Shown here one piece after another: positions 29,174 through 43,451 of a DNA stretch of 64,000 nucleotides. Numbering within the stretch: the stretch's first letter is position 1; every line of letters starts with the position of its first letter. Source of the DNA: Vulcanimicrobiota bacterium (GTDB taxonomy: Bacteria > Vulcanimicrobiota > Vulcanimicrobiia > Vulcanimicrobiales > Vulcanimicrobiaceae); contig OY968762.1 in assembly GCA_963695225.1 (NCBI GenBank), positions 320,001-384,000 on the forward strand, written 5' to 3'. Below the pieces are notes generated by a model, which saw only the letters and a list, made by a program, of their open reading frames with translations, was not told where the DNA came from and made no database searches. A program made the translations under genes and the position numbers.

Positions 29174-29548
29174 ATGAGCTGGTCGATCGGCGTCGTCGGG
29201 CACATCGGCATCGCGGTTCGCGACCCGCAGAAGAGCGGCGCGTGGTGGCAGCAGATGATAGGGCTCCAGCATCGCTTCGACTTCGACGGCGGAACCGTGG
29301 TCGGCAACGATGCGGTCGATATCGCGCTCTTCACAGGCGAACCGCACCCCGAGTCGCTCGATCACATTTCCTTTCATTTGCAATCGATGGCGGAGCTGCG
29401 CGAAGCGCTCGCCGATCTCAAGGCAAAGGGCGTCGATCTCGAAGACCCCGGAGACGAGATCGGTCCGGAAGGGCCGGGCTCGCCGAACATGGGCCTATGG
29501 TTCCGCGACCCCGACGGCTACCGTTGGGAACTCTCCGTGCTCGCCTGA
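29174..29548 (+). CDS. VOC/glyoxalase-family protein
   Basis: HIGIAVRD, LDHISF, WFRDPDGYRWEL. Confidence 0.9.
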   Translation: MSWSIGVVGHIGIAVRDPQKSGAWWQQMIGLQHRFDFDGGTVVGNDAVDIALFTGEPHPESLDHISFHLQSMAELREALADLKAKGVDLEDPGDEIGPEGPGSPNMGLWFRDPDGYRWELSVLA

Positions 29549-30105
29549 CGGTAGCCGCAGAACCGCAGTAGCTCTGGGCACGCACGGACCGTACCGGGCT
29601 GAAAATACGTCGAGCACGATCAACAGCACGACGGGGCCGATTAGCGCAACGAGCAGGCGGGCATAGATCGAAGCCCACGATGCCGGATTTCGCGATTCGA
29701 AGAGCATCACGCGACGCTCGCTTCGCGCGCGCGGTTCGTTTGAACGGCCGTGGGCCTCGAGGCGGCCCCGGTGGACCGAGCGCAGGAGGTCCGCGAAGAA
29801 CTCGATCGCTTTATCGAGCAGACGGAAGGGTCGCAGCGCCGCTGAGACTCGTCTGGCGCGTGAAATCAGCCGAAACTCACCATGGGTCGCGTCAAGTCAA
29901 CCGGACGGCGCTCCGAGCTCCCCGGTAAGCAGCGGGCCGGATGGTTTCCCCGCAACGCCGCGCTTGGCAGAGCGAAAGCAACGATCGCAAAGCGTGCATC
30001 GTTGCATTCCACATCGCTACAGGTGCGGGTTTGAAGTGACGATTGGCGGGCAACGAGAGTGTACGGCGCTGCATCATCGCGCTGTGACTTTGAGAGGACC
30101 GGCAC

Positions 30106-30693
30106 ATGGCCACGGCAACGAAACAGAAGACGGAAGATTCCGACGCAATCGATCTGCTCATTGCAGATCACCGGGCGGTTCAGAAACTCTTTAGGGAGTT
30201 CGACAAGATCAAAGACGGCGGCCGCAAGAGCGAGAAAGAATCGATCGTGCTCGCCGCGTGCGAAGCGCTCACGATCCACGCGGCGATCGAGGAAGAGATC
30301 TTCTATCCGGCGGCGCGCAAGGCGATCGACCAGCCGGATCTGATGGATGAAGCGAAGGTCGAACATGCGGGCGCAAAGGCCCTGATCGCGCAACTCGAGG
30401 TGATGAAGGCCGGCGACGAGCTCTACGACGCGAAGTTCACGGTTCTCGCCGAACAGGTCAACGATCACATCAAGGAAGAGCAGGAAGAGATGTTTCCCTT
30501 GGTGCGCAAGTCGAAGCTCGATACGCGGGCGCTCGGCGCAAGACTGCACGAGCGCAAGATGGAACTCGAAGAAGATATGGCGAGCGACGAATCGGATGGG
30601 TCCTCGCAGAATACCGAGAGCGATGCCCGTCCGGCACGCTCGGCGAAAGCGACGGCCGGCTCGCAGCGCTCCGGCGGCAAGGCCCGCGCCTAG
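30106..30693 (+). CDS. Hemerythrin/HHE-domain protein
   Basis: DH..H..IEEEIFYP..EH..HIKEEQEEMFP; GAGG SD. Confidence 0.9.
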   Translation: MATATKQKTEDSDAIDLLIADHRAVQKLFREFDKIKDGGRKSEKESIVLAACEALTIHAAIEEEIFYPAARKAIDQPDLMDEAKVEHAGAKALIAQLEVMKAGDELYDAKFTVLAEQVNDHIKEEQEEMFPLVRKSKLDTRALGARLHERKMELEEDMASDESDGSSQNTESDARPARSAKATAGSQRSGGKARA

Positions 30694-30761
30694 TCGCCGC
30701 TGCTCGCCGGGCGCGCGCCCGGGCCTGCCAAGATCTCGCGGATTTCGGTGGAGTCGGCCGT

Positions 30762-31178
30762 ATGAAGCCAGCCGGAACGATCCTTGCGGTGCTCGGCCTG
30801 TGGCACGGTCTCGCCGCGATCCAGAACGTCTTCGACCTCCTCGCCGGGACCGGCGTGGCCCCCGGGCTGCGGCCGCTGGCATCCAAGAACCTCGCGCTCG
30901 TCGGGAAGCTCGCGGCGCCGTTGCATCCGCCGAAAGAGGCGCTCGTCGCCCTCGTCGCCGCCGCATCGGCGCTCGAGGCGGCGGCGTGCGCCTCTTTCAG
31001 CCGCGGAGCGCTTGAAGGCGGCGACGGGGACCTCGGCTTCACGTGTTCCCTCGCGCTCTTCGGCGCGTTCTTCCTTATCGACGACGCGTTCGACGACTAC
31101 GACCTCGGCGCGAAGCACCGCGCCATCTTCACGCTCGTAGCCGCCGGATACGCTGCCGTGAAGGCGGCCGAGACGTGA
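30762..31178 (+). CDS. Hypothetical membrane protein
   Basis: Hydrophobic segments; GGAG SD; GTGA overlap with the SDR gene. Confidence 0.65.
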   Translation: MKPAGTILAVLGLWHGLAAIQNVFDLLAGTGVAPGLRPLASKNLALVGKLAAPLHPPKEALVALVAAASALEAAACASFSRGALEGGDGDLGFTCSLALFGAFFLIDDAFDDYDLGAKHRAIFTLVAAGYAAVKAAET

Positions 31179-31933
31179 AGGCGGTGCTCGTCGCGGGCGC
31201 CGCCGGCGGGATCGGCCAGAGCGTCGTTCGTGCGCTGCTGGCGAGCGGCGAGACGGCCGTCTTCGGAACTTCGCGCAGGGCACAGCGGCTCGCTGAGCTG
31301 TCAGCGCGCCTCGACGCGGAGCAACGCTCGCGTTTCACGCCGATCGAGGGAGACGCGGGCGACTTCGCGGGGGCCGCGAGGATCGTACAACAGACCGTGG
31401 CGCTCGGCGGGGTCGATGCCGGCGTCGCGATCCTCGGCCGCGGCTGGTGGACCGGAGGCCCGGTGCTCGACGCGGCACCCGGCGTGTGGACGTCGATCCT
31501 CGACGAGATGCTGACCGGCCATTTCGCCTTCGCGCGGGCGCTGATCCCGATGCTCGCGTCCCGCCCCGGTAGCCTCTATCTTTCGATCGGTGGCGGCGCG
31601 GCCTTCGCGCCGCTGCGCGACGCGGGCTTGGTCTCGATCGCCGCCGCAGGGCAACTCATGCTCACGCGAGTCTTGGCACGCGAACGCGGGCCGGCTCCGC
31701 CGCGGATTCTCGAACTCGTGGTCGACGGACCGGTCAACACGCGCGAATCGCGACAGTTCGCGGAACCGGCCTGGATACGCGACGACGACGTCGGGCGCGT
31801 CGTCACGGAGCTCGTTCTGCGCGGCGCGACAGCTTGGTCCCCGTCGCGGACGGATGGCCCTGTTATCGTAATGCACGGCCGCAGCGCAGGCGCGTCCATT
31901 CCAGGCACACGCTGTGAGCCCACGGCTTTGTAA
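31175..31933 (+). CDS. Atypical SDR-family oxidoreductase
   Basis: VLVAGAAGGIGQSVV Rossmann motif; canonical YxxxK not seen. Confidence 0.8.
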   Translation: MKAVLVAGAAGGIGQSVVRALLASGETAVFGTSRRAQRLAELSARLDAEQRSRFTPIEGDAGDFAGAARIVQQTVALGGVDAGVAILGRGWWTGGPVLDAAPGVWTSILDEMLTGHFAFARALIPMLASRPGSLYLSIGGGAAFAPLRDAGLVSIAAAGQLMLTRVLARERGPAPPRILELVVDGPVNTRESRQFAEPAWIRDDDVGRVVTELVLRGATAWSPSRTDGPVIVMHGRSAGASIPGTRCEPTAL

Positions 31934-31975
31934 CCTGTCGAAGGGTGAGCTCGCCTCGAGCGTCTCTGACGGGTA

Positions 31976-32329
31976 TCAGAGTCCCAGGGCGAGTGCGATG
32001 CGGCGCCGGAGGCTTGCGAGCTGTTCGGGAGTGACATGCGAAGGCGTGGGCTGAACGCGCTTCAACGAGACGCTCGTGACGTGATGGGCGAGCGCCCAGG
32101 AGGTGCCCTCCACTCCGTTCTGCGGCGTCGGATCGATGCGCTCCGCGAACGCGGGAAAGGCGAGCCCCTCGTCGCGGGTGAGCGGCACCACGAGCAAGTT
32201 CGGGTAGGCGCCCGGGAAGAGCTCGCTATCCTCCACGACGACGCTCGGCCGGATCTTCGAGGGTTCGCGCGGGACGGCGCCGGCGCGCCAGTCGACGAGG
32301 ACGATCGCGCCTGCCGCGGGCCGGCTCAC
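31976..32329 (-). CDS. MazF/PemK-family toxin
   Basis: GAIVLVDW..EPSKIRPSVVV..VVPLT..NG. Confidence 0.85.
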   Translation of the reverse strand: MSRPAAGAIVLVDWRAGAVPREPSKIRPSVVVEDSELFPGAYPNLLVVPLTRDEGLAFPAFAERIDPTPQNGVEGTSWALAHHVTSVSLKRVQPTPSHVTPEQLASLRRRIALALGL

Positions 32330-32568
32330 GGCAAGTCGCCGACGGGCGTCCCGTATTCCTCAAGCTCAGCAGCGGCAGCGGCCCCGGCGGCCAGGTACGA
32401 GACCACCCGCTCTCCGCCGGCTCGGATCGCCGCCCGCCGCAGACGCCTGGCTTCAGCCTCCGCAAGATCGCGCACGAACGAACTCAGCCCGACGCCCTGG
32501 GCGCGGGCTGCAGCCTCGAGGGTCTCACGGTCACGGTCTTCCAGCCGGATCGTCAATGTCGCAGCCAT
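32326..32568 (-). CDS. RHH-type antitoxin
   Basis: TLTIRL..LEAAARAQGVGLSSFVR; overlaps the toxin start; TGaTACACT 6 nt before ATG. Confidence 0.8.
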   Translation of the reverse strand: MAATLTIRLEDRDRETLEAAARAQGVGLSSFVRDLAEAEARRLRRAAIRAGGERVVSYLAAGAAAAAELEEYGTPVGDLP

Positions 32569-32663
32569 GCCATTAGTGTATCACAAGCGCGTGTTCGATA
32601 GCGTGGTACGATGACGTACGCCGACCGGAACTGGCCGGCGAAGCGGTGGGCAAATCGAAGGCT

Positions 32664-32771
32664 GAGCGCCCAAGTGGCGCTCGGCCAGGCGATTGCAGCC
32701 CGTGCCCGGCGTCGTAGCGGCGCCGGATCGGTGCGTTCCGCGAACGCGGGGAAGGAGAGCCCCTCGTCGCG
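32664..32771 (-). pseudogene. Degenerate fragment duplicating part of the adjacent mazF-like gene
   Basis: 32717-32771 matches 32122-32176 (RDEGLSFPAFAERTDP vs RDEGLAFPAFAERIDP). Confidence 0.7.
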
Positions 32772-32797
32772 CGGAGCGGCCTTGCGCGCTTTTCCGT

Positions 32798-33109
32798 TCA
32801 GGTTTCGATGTGGCCGTTCTCGAGCGTCCCGGTGAGCAGCCGGTACACCATGACGAAGTCGCCCTTGAAGCTGTTGAGCGGATCCTCGAACGTCTTGGGC
32901 TGGTTCTTCTCGAAAATCCAGTGCGAGGCGAACGCTGGTAGGTAACCGAGCGCGAGCGCCGGGAAAATCCATTTCGGCCGGCCCGTGAGCAGGCCGGTGA
33001 GCCCGACGGTCAAGCCGCTGAGGAGCCCGACCGCGTGGACCGCGCGCGTCCGCGGATCGGAGTGCGCCGCCAAATATTCGGGATAGAATTCTTCGAACGT
33101 CATCGGCAT
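32798..33109 (-). CDS. DUF962/Mpo1-like membrane protein
   Basis: FEEFYPEYLAAHS..H..GY..HWIFEKNQPKTF. Confidence 0.85.
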   Translation of the reverse strand: MPMTFEEFYPEYLAAHSDPRTRAVHAVGLLSGLTVGLTGLLTGRPKWIFPALALGYLPAFASHWIFEKNQPKTFEDPLNSFKGDFVMVYRLLTGTLENGHIET

Positions 33110-33193
33110 AGCTTCGCCGGCCGCGCGCGCGAGGTTCCCGCGGGCGCGAGCCGCGAGGGCGCGGCGGCGTTGGTGACGCGCGCGGGCACGTTT

Positions 33194-33631
33194 TTAACGA
33201 GCGGCGCCGGCCTTCAGGCGCTTGAGAACGTCGAGCATCGCCGGCGAGATATCGGTGTGATGATGCACGATCTTCCATGATCCGGCTTCGCGGCGATAGA
33301 CGTTCGTTACGCGTTGCGCGATCGCCACGTTCTCGCCGGCGAACTCGGCCTGCCCTTGCTCCATCCCGACCTCGTACGCGATATCGCCGCCGACCTGGAT
33401 ACGTTGATCCTTCAAGTCGACGTGACCGTTCGAAGCGATCTTCGCGACTTGCTCGAACGACGTCCGCACGTCGTCCCAGCCCACCTCGCGGCCGCCGATC
33501 GGGTGCATCGTGGTGACCTCTGCGTCGTGCGCCCAGACCTCTCCGAGCGAAGTGGTGTCGCTATGGAGCATACGGTTCAGCGCTGCGTAGAATCGACGCG
33601 ATGCCTCGCGGACTTCTTCATGTGCCGACAT
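33194..33631 (-). CDS. NTF2/SnoaL-like protein
   Basis: RFYAAL..MHPIGGREVGW..RVTNVYRREAGSWKIVHHH. Confidence 0.85.
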   Translation of the reverse strand: MSAHEEVREASRRFYAALNRMLHSDTTSLGEVWAHDAEVTTMHPIGGREVGWDDVRTSFEQVAKIASNGHVDLKDQRIQVGGDIAYEVGMEQGQAEFAGENVAIAQRVTNVYRREAGSWKIVHHHTDISPAMLDVLKRLKAGAAR

Positions 33632-33886
33632 GTGTGTCGCTCCTTACGGCCGTGGGGTTTGTTTATTGGATTGCGTGAGGAGCGGCGCGTTCCACGAAGC
33701 GGCAGGGGCGTTCCTAGGAACGGCGCCTAGCGGTCGATTGGTCCTAACCCCCGCTCCGTTCCCGGCATGACCGAAGGATTGGCTTTCTGTGCCATGAGGC
33801 CAGCGCACCGTTGTGGCCAAGATGCGCCGAAACGCGAGATGTCATAGCGTGCCGCTCCTCGGCGCATCGGGCCTCGCGGCCTAGCT

Positions 33887-35521
33887 TCACGCGGGGATGC
33901 GCGGTTCCTCGGCGGCGAAGGTTTCCTCGTCGGGCGACGGCGCGCGCGGGAGAGCGAAGTCTTCCGCGATCAATCGCGCGGTCATCTTCGCCGACATCAT
34001 GACCGCAGGCGTGCCGCCGCCGGGCTGCGTGTTTGCGCCGACGAGATAGAGGTTTGCAACGTCCTCGCTCCGATTGTGCGGGCGGAAGAAGGCGGATTGC
34101 AGCAGGCGCGGCTCGAGCCCGAACGCGTTGCCGAGCCGGCTGTTCAGCGTGCGCTCGAAATAGTCGGGCGTGAGGAAGCTCCGAAACACGAGGCGTTCGC
34201 GCAGGCGCGGAATGTAGCCGCGCTCGTCGAGGAGCGTGAGGATGCGCTCCGCGTACGGATCGCCGGTGCGTCCCCAGTCGATGCCGCTCCCGTTGTGCGG
34301 CACGGCGACGAGCGTATATGCGGCGTGATGCCCCGGTGGGGCCAAACTCGGATCGGTCAGCGTCGGGACGTGGAAGTACTGCAGCGGTTCGTCGCTGAGA
34401 ACCTTGCGATCGAAGACGGCGCGCAGCTGCTCCACGTAGTTCCCGTCGAAGATCATGTTGTGGTGGCGCAAGTGCTCGGCGTCGCCGGGCTCGGCGCGAA
34501 AACCGAAATAGACGACGAGCAGTGATATCGAAGGCTCCGTCCGCTTCACGCGCGCGTCCGAATGGCGGCGCCGGTGCGCGCCGTCGATGAGGCCGTACGT
34601 GGCCGCATAGTCGCCGTTGGAGACGATCGCATCCGCCTGCAGGCGGCGTCCGTCGGCCAGGACGACGCCGCGCGCCCGCGGCTTTCTCCCGGCGGCGACG
34701 TCGATTCGCACGACCTCGCTCGAATGATGCAGCGTACCGCCGAGTTCCGTGAACTTGCGCACGAAGCCTCGCACGAGCGCGCCCGTGCCACCCATCGCGA
34801 AATGCACGCCCCAGGTCTTTTCGGCGAAGTGGATCATCGCGTAGGTCGCGGGGACGCGCAGCGGATTCCCGCCGACGAGCAAGGATTCGAAGCTGAACGC
34901 CGCGCGCAGTTTCTCGTCGCGCATATACTGCGAGACGAAGCCGTAGAGTGACTGCGTCGCGCGCACGCGGCCGAGATCGGGGAGGACGCGCAGCATCGAT
35001 CCGGCGCTCCCGAAATGCGTGTGGCCGAGTTCGAGAAACGCCCGTTCGAAGATGATTCGCGCTGCCGCAAGGAAGCGCTCGTAGCCCGGGAGGTCGCGGG
35101 GTGAGGTGCGGGCGATCCAGGCGCGCGTGCGCGCCGCATCGCCGTCGAAATCGAAGAACGTGCCGTCGCCGAAGTGGATGCGGTAGAACGGCAGAACGGG
35201 AACGATCTTCACGTAGCGCGAGCTCGCAGGGCCGCCGCTCACGCCTTCCGTGATCCGCCGCGCCGCGCCGAGCGACTTGGGAAAATCCGGCCGTTCGAGC
35301 CACGGCGAGCCACGCTCCAAGGCAAAGAGTTCTTCGATCAGATGCGGCACCGTCAGCACCGTCGGCCCCATGTCGAAGGTGAAGCCGTCCGCGCGCAGCA
35401 CGCCGGCGCGGCCGCCGGCATACGGCTGCTTCTCGACGATCGTCGTTTGTACGCCGAGGCTTTGGAGGCGAATGCCGAGTGCGAGCCCGCCGATTCCGGC
35501 GCCGATGACGATCGCTTTCAT
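33887..35521 (-). CDS. crtI: Phytoene desaturase
   Basis: [47 protein letters not shown]. Confidence 0.88.
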   Translation of the reverse strand: MKAIVIGAGIGGLALGIRLQSLGVQTTIVEKQPYAGGRAGVLRADGFTFDMGPTVLTVPHLIEELFALERGSPWLERPDFPKSLGAARRITEGVSGGPASSRYVKIVPVLPFYRIHFGDGTFFDFDGDAARTRAWIARTSPRDLPGYERFLAAARIIFERAFLELGHTHFGSAGSMLRVLPDLGRVRATQSLYGFVSQYMRDEKLRAAFSFESLLVGGNPLRVPATYAMIHFAEKTWGVHFAMGGTGALVRGFVRKFTELGGTLHHSSEVVRIDVAAGRKPRARGVVLADGRRLQADAIVSNGDYAATYGLIDGAHRRRHSDARVKRTEPSISLLVVYFGFRAEPGDAEHLRHHNMIFDGNYVEQLRAVFDRKVLSDEPLQYFHVPTLTDPSLAPPGHHAAYTLVAVPHNGSGIDWGRTGDPYAERILTLLDERGYIPRLRERLVFRSFLTPDYFERTLNSRLGNAFGLEPRLLQSAFFRPHNRSEDVANLYLVGANTQPGGGTPAVMMSAKMTARLIAEDFALPRAPSPDEETFAAEEPRIPA

Positions 35522-35702
35522 TTTTGATTTGCGCTCACGGCCGCTTAGATGTGCGCTCGCCGCGCTCGGTTCCGTCGTTGAGCAAACGTTCGCAGCGCTG
35601 CGCATCGCCGGCGTCGTGCCTCTTTCGCGCAACGGCATACGGCGCGATGAGTGAGCCGGACCCCATGATGCAATCCTGCGGCAGGCGAGGTATGATCCCG
35701 GC

Positions 35703-36269
35703 ATGTCTATCGCCGTCGAGCGGCTCCATCGCATCACCACCGACGTGTACGAGCGCATGGCCGCGAGCGGCCTGTTGCCGGAACGCGGCGTCGAACTCGT
35801 GGACGGCCTCGTCGTCGAGATGAGCCCGAAGGGCGCCCGGCACGCTTATGCCGTCGACAGCCTCAACGCGCAGTTCGGCGACCAGCGGCGGGGGCGCTAC
35901 GTCGTCAGCGCGGACAGCCTGAGTCTTCGTCTCGGCCCGCGCGATGAACCGGAGCCCGATATTGCGCTAGCTCGCACGACCCGAAGCTACGCGCGCGAAT
36001 CGCCGCGGCCCGAAGAGATCGCGCTGATCGTGGAGGTTGCCGATTCGTCTCTCGCGTTCGATCTGGGCGAGAAACGCGCGAAGTATGCGGGCGCCGGGAT
36101 CCCGGAGTACTGGGTCGTCGACTTGCAGGACGATGCCGTCCACGTGTTTCGGAATCCGCATGGCGAGGTCTACCTCGATCGCCATGCAGCGAAGCCGGGC
36201 GACGTCATCTCGCCGGCCGAGTACCCGGAGGTCGTCGTCGAGGTCGCGCTCGTCGTCGGGAACCTTTGA
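35703..36269 (+). CDS. Uma2/DUF820 endonuclease-family protein
   Basis: [33 protein letters not shown]. Confidence 0.9.
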   Translation: MSIAVERLHRITTDVYERMAASGLLPERGVELVDGLVVEMSPKGARHAYAVDSLNAQFGDQRRGRYVVSADSLSLRLGPRDEPEPDIALARTTRSYARESPRPEEIALIVEVADSSLAFDLGEKRAKYAGAGIPEYWVVDLQDDAVHVFRNPHGEVYLDRHAAKPGDVISPAEYPEVVVEVALVVGNL

Positions 36270-36401
36270 CGAGGCATTCGGGCGGGCAAGTGCCTGGAGA
36301 ATCACCGCACCGGCGCCGACCGTGCCGCCGGTGAGAGCAATGTCGTCTTCGGGGGATCGGATGCTTGCCTGGCGTGTGTCATTTGGCGTACAGTACCAGC
36401 T

Positions 36402-36692
36402 ATGGCACCATCGAAGACCGGGCAGGCGCGGGTCGATTTTCGGGTTCCCGCGAGCGTCAAGGCGCGATTTCTCGAGGCGGCCGCCTATGAGACCGGCGGC
36501 GATCTCAGCGCGTTCTTGATCGCTGCAGCGTTGGAGCGCGCCGATCGCGTCCTTGCCCGGCGCGAAGTGCTGCAGATCGACGACTCGATGCGCGAGCGGT
36601 TCTACTCGGCGATGCTTGCGCCGCCGATCCCCAGCGAAGCGCTGCGGCAGTTTATCGCCGAAGAAGACGAGCGACTGCGGATCGTTGAGTAA
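36402..36692 (+). CDS. DUF1778/TacA-like antitoxin
   Basis: RVDFRVP..K..EAAA..LSAFL..AALERA..F..L.PP.PSEAL. Confidence 0.85.
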   Translation: MAPSKTGQARVDFRVPASVKARFLEAAAYETGGDLSAFLIAAALERADRVLARREVLQIDDSMRERFYSAMLAPPIPSEALRQFIAEEDERLRIVE

Positions 36693-37254
36693 GGCAGCCA
36701 AAGCGATTCGCATCGAGCCCCTGGGTCGGCAGCACGATCGAGGGGCTTTCGATTGCGGGGAACCGTCGGTGACGCGCCACCTCCAGACGGTCGCGCTGCA
36801 AGCCCAAGAGACGATGCGGGCCGCGACGAGAGTCGCGACCTCGGAGGACTCTTGCGAGCGGATCCTCGGGTACTGCACGCTGGTCGCGATCAAGATCGTC
36901 GATGCCGAACTGCCCGCGGATCTCGCCGGGCGTTTCAAATTGCGAAACCTCGCGAGCGGGGCCCCCGCGATTCTCCTCGCGCAACTTGGGGTCGACCGCT
37001 GCTGCACCGGCATCGGCCTCGGAAGGCTCCTGCTGCGCCAGGCGATGCGCCAAGCGGTCAGCGGCTCCATCGAGGTCGGCGGCGTCGCGCTGATCGTCGA
37101 TGCCCTCAACCCCTGCGTGGCCGCCTGGTACGCCGGGGTCGTGCCGGATTTTCGCCCGCTCGCCGACGACGGACCGCGGCTAATCTTGCCGATGCGGACG
37201 CTCGTGGCCGCCCTGGGGCCCTCCCCGCCCCCCGCAGCCCTTGACCGCGGTTGA
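36685..37254 (+). CDS. GNAT acetyltransferase toxin (TacT/AtaT-like)
   Basis: HDRGAFDCG, ILGYCTL, PAILLAQLGVD..GIGLG, LIVDA; TTG overlaps the antitoxin end. Confidence 0.85.
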   Translation: MSKAAKAIRIEPLGRQHDRGAFDCGEPSVTRHLQTVALQAQETMRAATRVATSEDSCERILGYCTLVAIKIVDAELPADLAGRFKLRNLASGAPAILLAQLGVDRCCTGIGLGRLLLRQAMRQAVSGSIEVGGVALIVDALNPCVAAWYAGVVPDFRPLADDGPRLILPMRTLVAALGPSPPPAALDRG

Positions 37255-37269
37255 CGGACCCTCTATAAT
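37241..37269 (+). promoter_or_regulatory. sigma70 promoter of rpoC
   Basis: TTGACC (37241-46), 17 nt, TATAAT (37264-69). Confidence 0.85.
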
Positions 37270-37464
37270 AGCCGTCTATGCCCCTCGGTCGAAAATAAAG
37301 TAGCAAGCGGTCTATCCCGGCGGATGGCCGCTCGTTTTGCTTTCGGTGGTTCGGACTCCCTCGCGCCCGGCCTGCATGCCCGGCACGCGGCCCGAACCAA
37401 ATGACCCGGACATATCGGCGCGGCGCCGCTCGCCGTGCGTCAGATCATAAGGAAACCACATAAC

Positions 37465-41232
<3,768 letters not shown>

Positions 41233-41239
41233 CAGGCGA

Positions 41240-41270
41240 CGGCGCCCGCATCGCGACGATGCGGGCGCCG
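41240..41270. terminator. 14-bp hairpin between convergent genes
   Basis: cggcgcccgcatcg-cga-cgatgcgggcgccg; no U tract. Confidence 0.7.
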
Positions 41271-41275
41271 CTCCG

Positions 41276-43333
41276 TCAGACGCCCTCGAGCACGTGCAGC
41301 AGGAACGCTAGGTCGTCGGCTGCGTCGGCGATCAGCTTGCTCGTCGGCTTGCCGGCCCCGTGCCCGCCGCGCATCTCGACCCGTAACAAGATCGGGGCGG
41401 GCCCGCTCTGCGCCGCTTGCAGCGCGGCGGCGAACTTGAAGCTGTGCGCGGGATAGACGCGATCGTCGCGTTCCGCCGTCGTGATCAGCGTCGCGGGGTA
41501 CGCCTGCCCCGGTTTGACGTTGTGGAGCGGGGAATAGGCGTAGAGCGTTTGGAATTCGGCTTCGCTCGTATCCGCCGCGCCGTATTCGGGGATCCACGCG
41601 TGTCCGATCGTGAAGTGGTGGAAGCGGAGCATGTCCATCACGCCGACGGCCGGCATCGCGGCGCCGAAAAGCTCGGGGCGCTGCGTGAGGACCGCGCCGA
41701 CGAGCAGGCCGCCGTTGCTCCCGCCCGCGATCGCGAGTTTTTCCGCCGACGTGTACCCCTCGGCGATCAGGTGCTCGGCGCAGGCGATGAAGTCGTCGAA
41801 GACGTTCTGCTTGCGATGCAGGATCCCGGCCTGATGCCAATCCTCGCCGTATTCCGCGCCCCCTCGCAAGTTGGCGACGACGAACACGCCGCCGCGTTCG
41901 AGCCACGCGATCCGCGCCGGCGAGAACGACGGCGTCAGCGAGATGTTGAACCCGCCGTAGCCGTAGAGGATCGTCTTCGCGTTCCCGTCGCGCGGCAGAT
42001 CGCGCCGGTGCGTGACGAACATCGGAACGCGCGTGCCGTCCTTGCTCGTCGCGAACGTCTGATCCGTCACGAACAGCGAGGGATCGAAGGCGACCTGCGG
42101 GGCCGTGACCGGGAAGCTCTCCCCGCTCTCGATATCGTACCGCAGCACGCGCGAGGGCGTCGTGAAGCTCGCGAACGTGTAGAAGGCGTCGCGATCCTCG
42201 CGTTCGCCGTCGAACCCGCTCGCCGCGCCGATGCCCGGCAGCTCCACGTCGCGTTCGAAGCGGCCCTCGAGATCGAAGACGCGAATCTTCGTCGCCGCGT
42301 CCGAGAGGTAGTGCGCGAACAGCCGCCCGCCCGCGCTCGTCGTCCCTTCGAGCGCCATCTCGTCCTCGGCGACGATCTCCACGAGCTTCTCGGGAAAGGC
42401 CGGATCGACGGCGACGATCCGCCCGCGCGGCGCGTCGCGATCCGTTTGAAAGTACCAGCGCGAACCGTCGCTCTCGACGAAGCTGTACGCCGCGTCGCCT
42501 TCCGCGAAGAGCGGGCGCACCGTCCACGGGCGCTCGTCGAGCGCAATGTAGAACGTGCGGTTGCGCGGATCCGTCCCTTCGCGCGCGTCGACGATGCACC
42601 AGCGGCCGTCATTCGTGACCTGCGCGAAGAAGTTCCAAGTCGGCTCGTCCGGGCGTGCGTAGACGAGGACGTCCTCCGCTTGCGCCGTACCGAGCCGATG
42701 GAAGTATAACTTGTGCTCGCGATTCGCCGCTCTCAGCGCTTCGTGCGGCTGCGGCGGATCGAATGCGGAGTAGAAGAAGCCGGAGGAATCCCCGAGCCAC
42801 GCCGCGCTCGAAAACTTGCTCCAGGCGATGGAATCGGGGAGGTCGACGGCCGTGCGCACGTCCCGTACGCGCCAGGTCAGCCAATCGCTGCCGCCGTCCT
42901 GCGTCCCGTACGCGAGCAAGTTTCCGTCGTGGCTGACGCTGAACGCGCCGAGCGAGACCGTCCCGTCGCCGGAGAACGCGTTCGGATCGAGGAGCGTGCG
43001 CGCCGCCGCCTCCGGCGCATCCGTCACGTAGAGCACGGATTGCTGCTGCAATCCCGAATTGCGGAGTTGGAAGCGGCGCCCGCCCTTGCGGAACGGCTCT
43101 CCGATGCGCTCGTAGTTCCACAATTCGGCGACGCGCGCGCGCAGGCTCGCGCGATCCGGCAGCGAGCGGAGGAAGGATTCGGTGAGCGCGGCCTGCGCCT
43201 CGAGCCAGGCGGTCGTCTCCGGAGCGTCGAGGTCTTCGAGGCTTCGATACGGATCGCCGACGAGCGTTCCGAAATAGTTCTCTACGACGTCGCTCGCGGG
43301 CGCCGGGGGATAGAGGAAGCTCGGTTTCAGCAG
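41276..43333 (-). CDS. Prolyl oligopeptidase (S9A); probable CTG start
   Basis: GGSNGG, DDRV, GHGAGK; N-terminal YPP..DVVENYFGTLVGDPYRSLED lies in frame upstream of the listed start, behind AGGAG-5 nt-CTG. Confidence 0.92.
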   Translation of the reverse strand: MLKPSFLYPPAPASDVVENYFGTLVGDPYRSLEDLDAPETTAWLEAQAALTESFLRSLPDRASLRARVAELWNYERIGEPFRKGGRRFQLRNSGLQQQSVLYVTDAPEAAARTLLDPNAFSGDGTVSLGAFSVSHDGNLLAYGTQDGGSDWLTWRVRDVRTAVDLPDSIAWSKFSSAAWLGDSSGFFYSAFDPPQPHEALRAANREHKLYFHRLGTAQAEDVLVYARPDEPTWNFFAQVTNDGRWCIVDAREGTDPRNRTFYIALDERPWTVRPLFAEGDAAYSFVESDGSRWYFQTDRDAPRGRIVAVDPAFPEKLVEIVAEDEMALEGTTSAGGRLFAHYLSDAATKIRVFDLEGRFERDVELPGIGAASGFDGEREDRDAFYTFASFTTPSRVLRYDIESGESFPVTAPQVAFDPSLFVTDQTFATSKDGTRVPMFVTHRRDLPRDGNAKTILYGYGGFNISLTPSFSPARIAWLERGGVFVVANLRGGAEYGEDWHQAGILHRKQNVFDDFIACAEHLIAEGYTSAEKLAIAGGSNGGLLVGAVLTQRPELFGAAMPAVGVMDMLRFHHFTIGHAWIPEYGAADTSEAEFQTLYAYSPLHNVKPGQAYPATLITTAERDDRVYPAHSFKFAAALQAAQSGPAPILLRVEMRGGHGAGKPTSKLIADAADDLAFLLHVLEGV

Positions 43334-43451
43334 GGCGTCTCCTGATCGGCGAAGAGTCGCGGACCTCGCAAGACGGTTCCGATGCGAGCCCCATCCCGCC
43401 TGCCGAACGCAGGCTCCCCGCCGCGTCGTCCCGGCCCTCCCCGCCGCCCCG

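Noticed and set aside
29495..29710. 71-aa possible membrane protein
   Set aside because: One hydrophobic stretch, but it overlaps the VOC gene end and has no clear SD or motif
41276..43333. Prolyl oligopeptidase as the RiPP leader peptidase
   Set aside because: About 13 kb away in core context, and the precursor contains no proline
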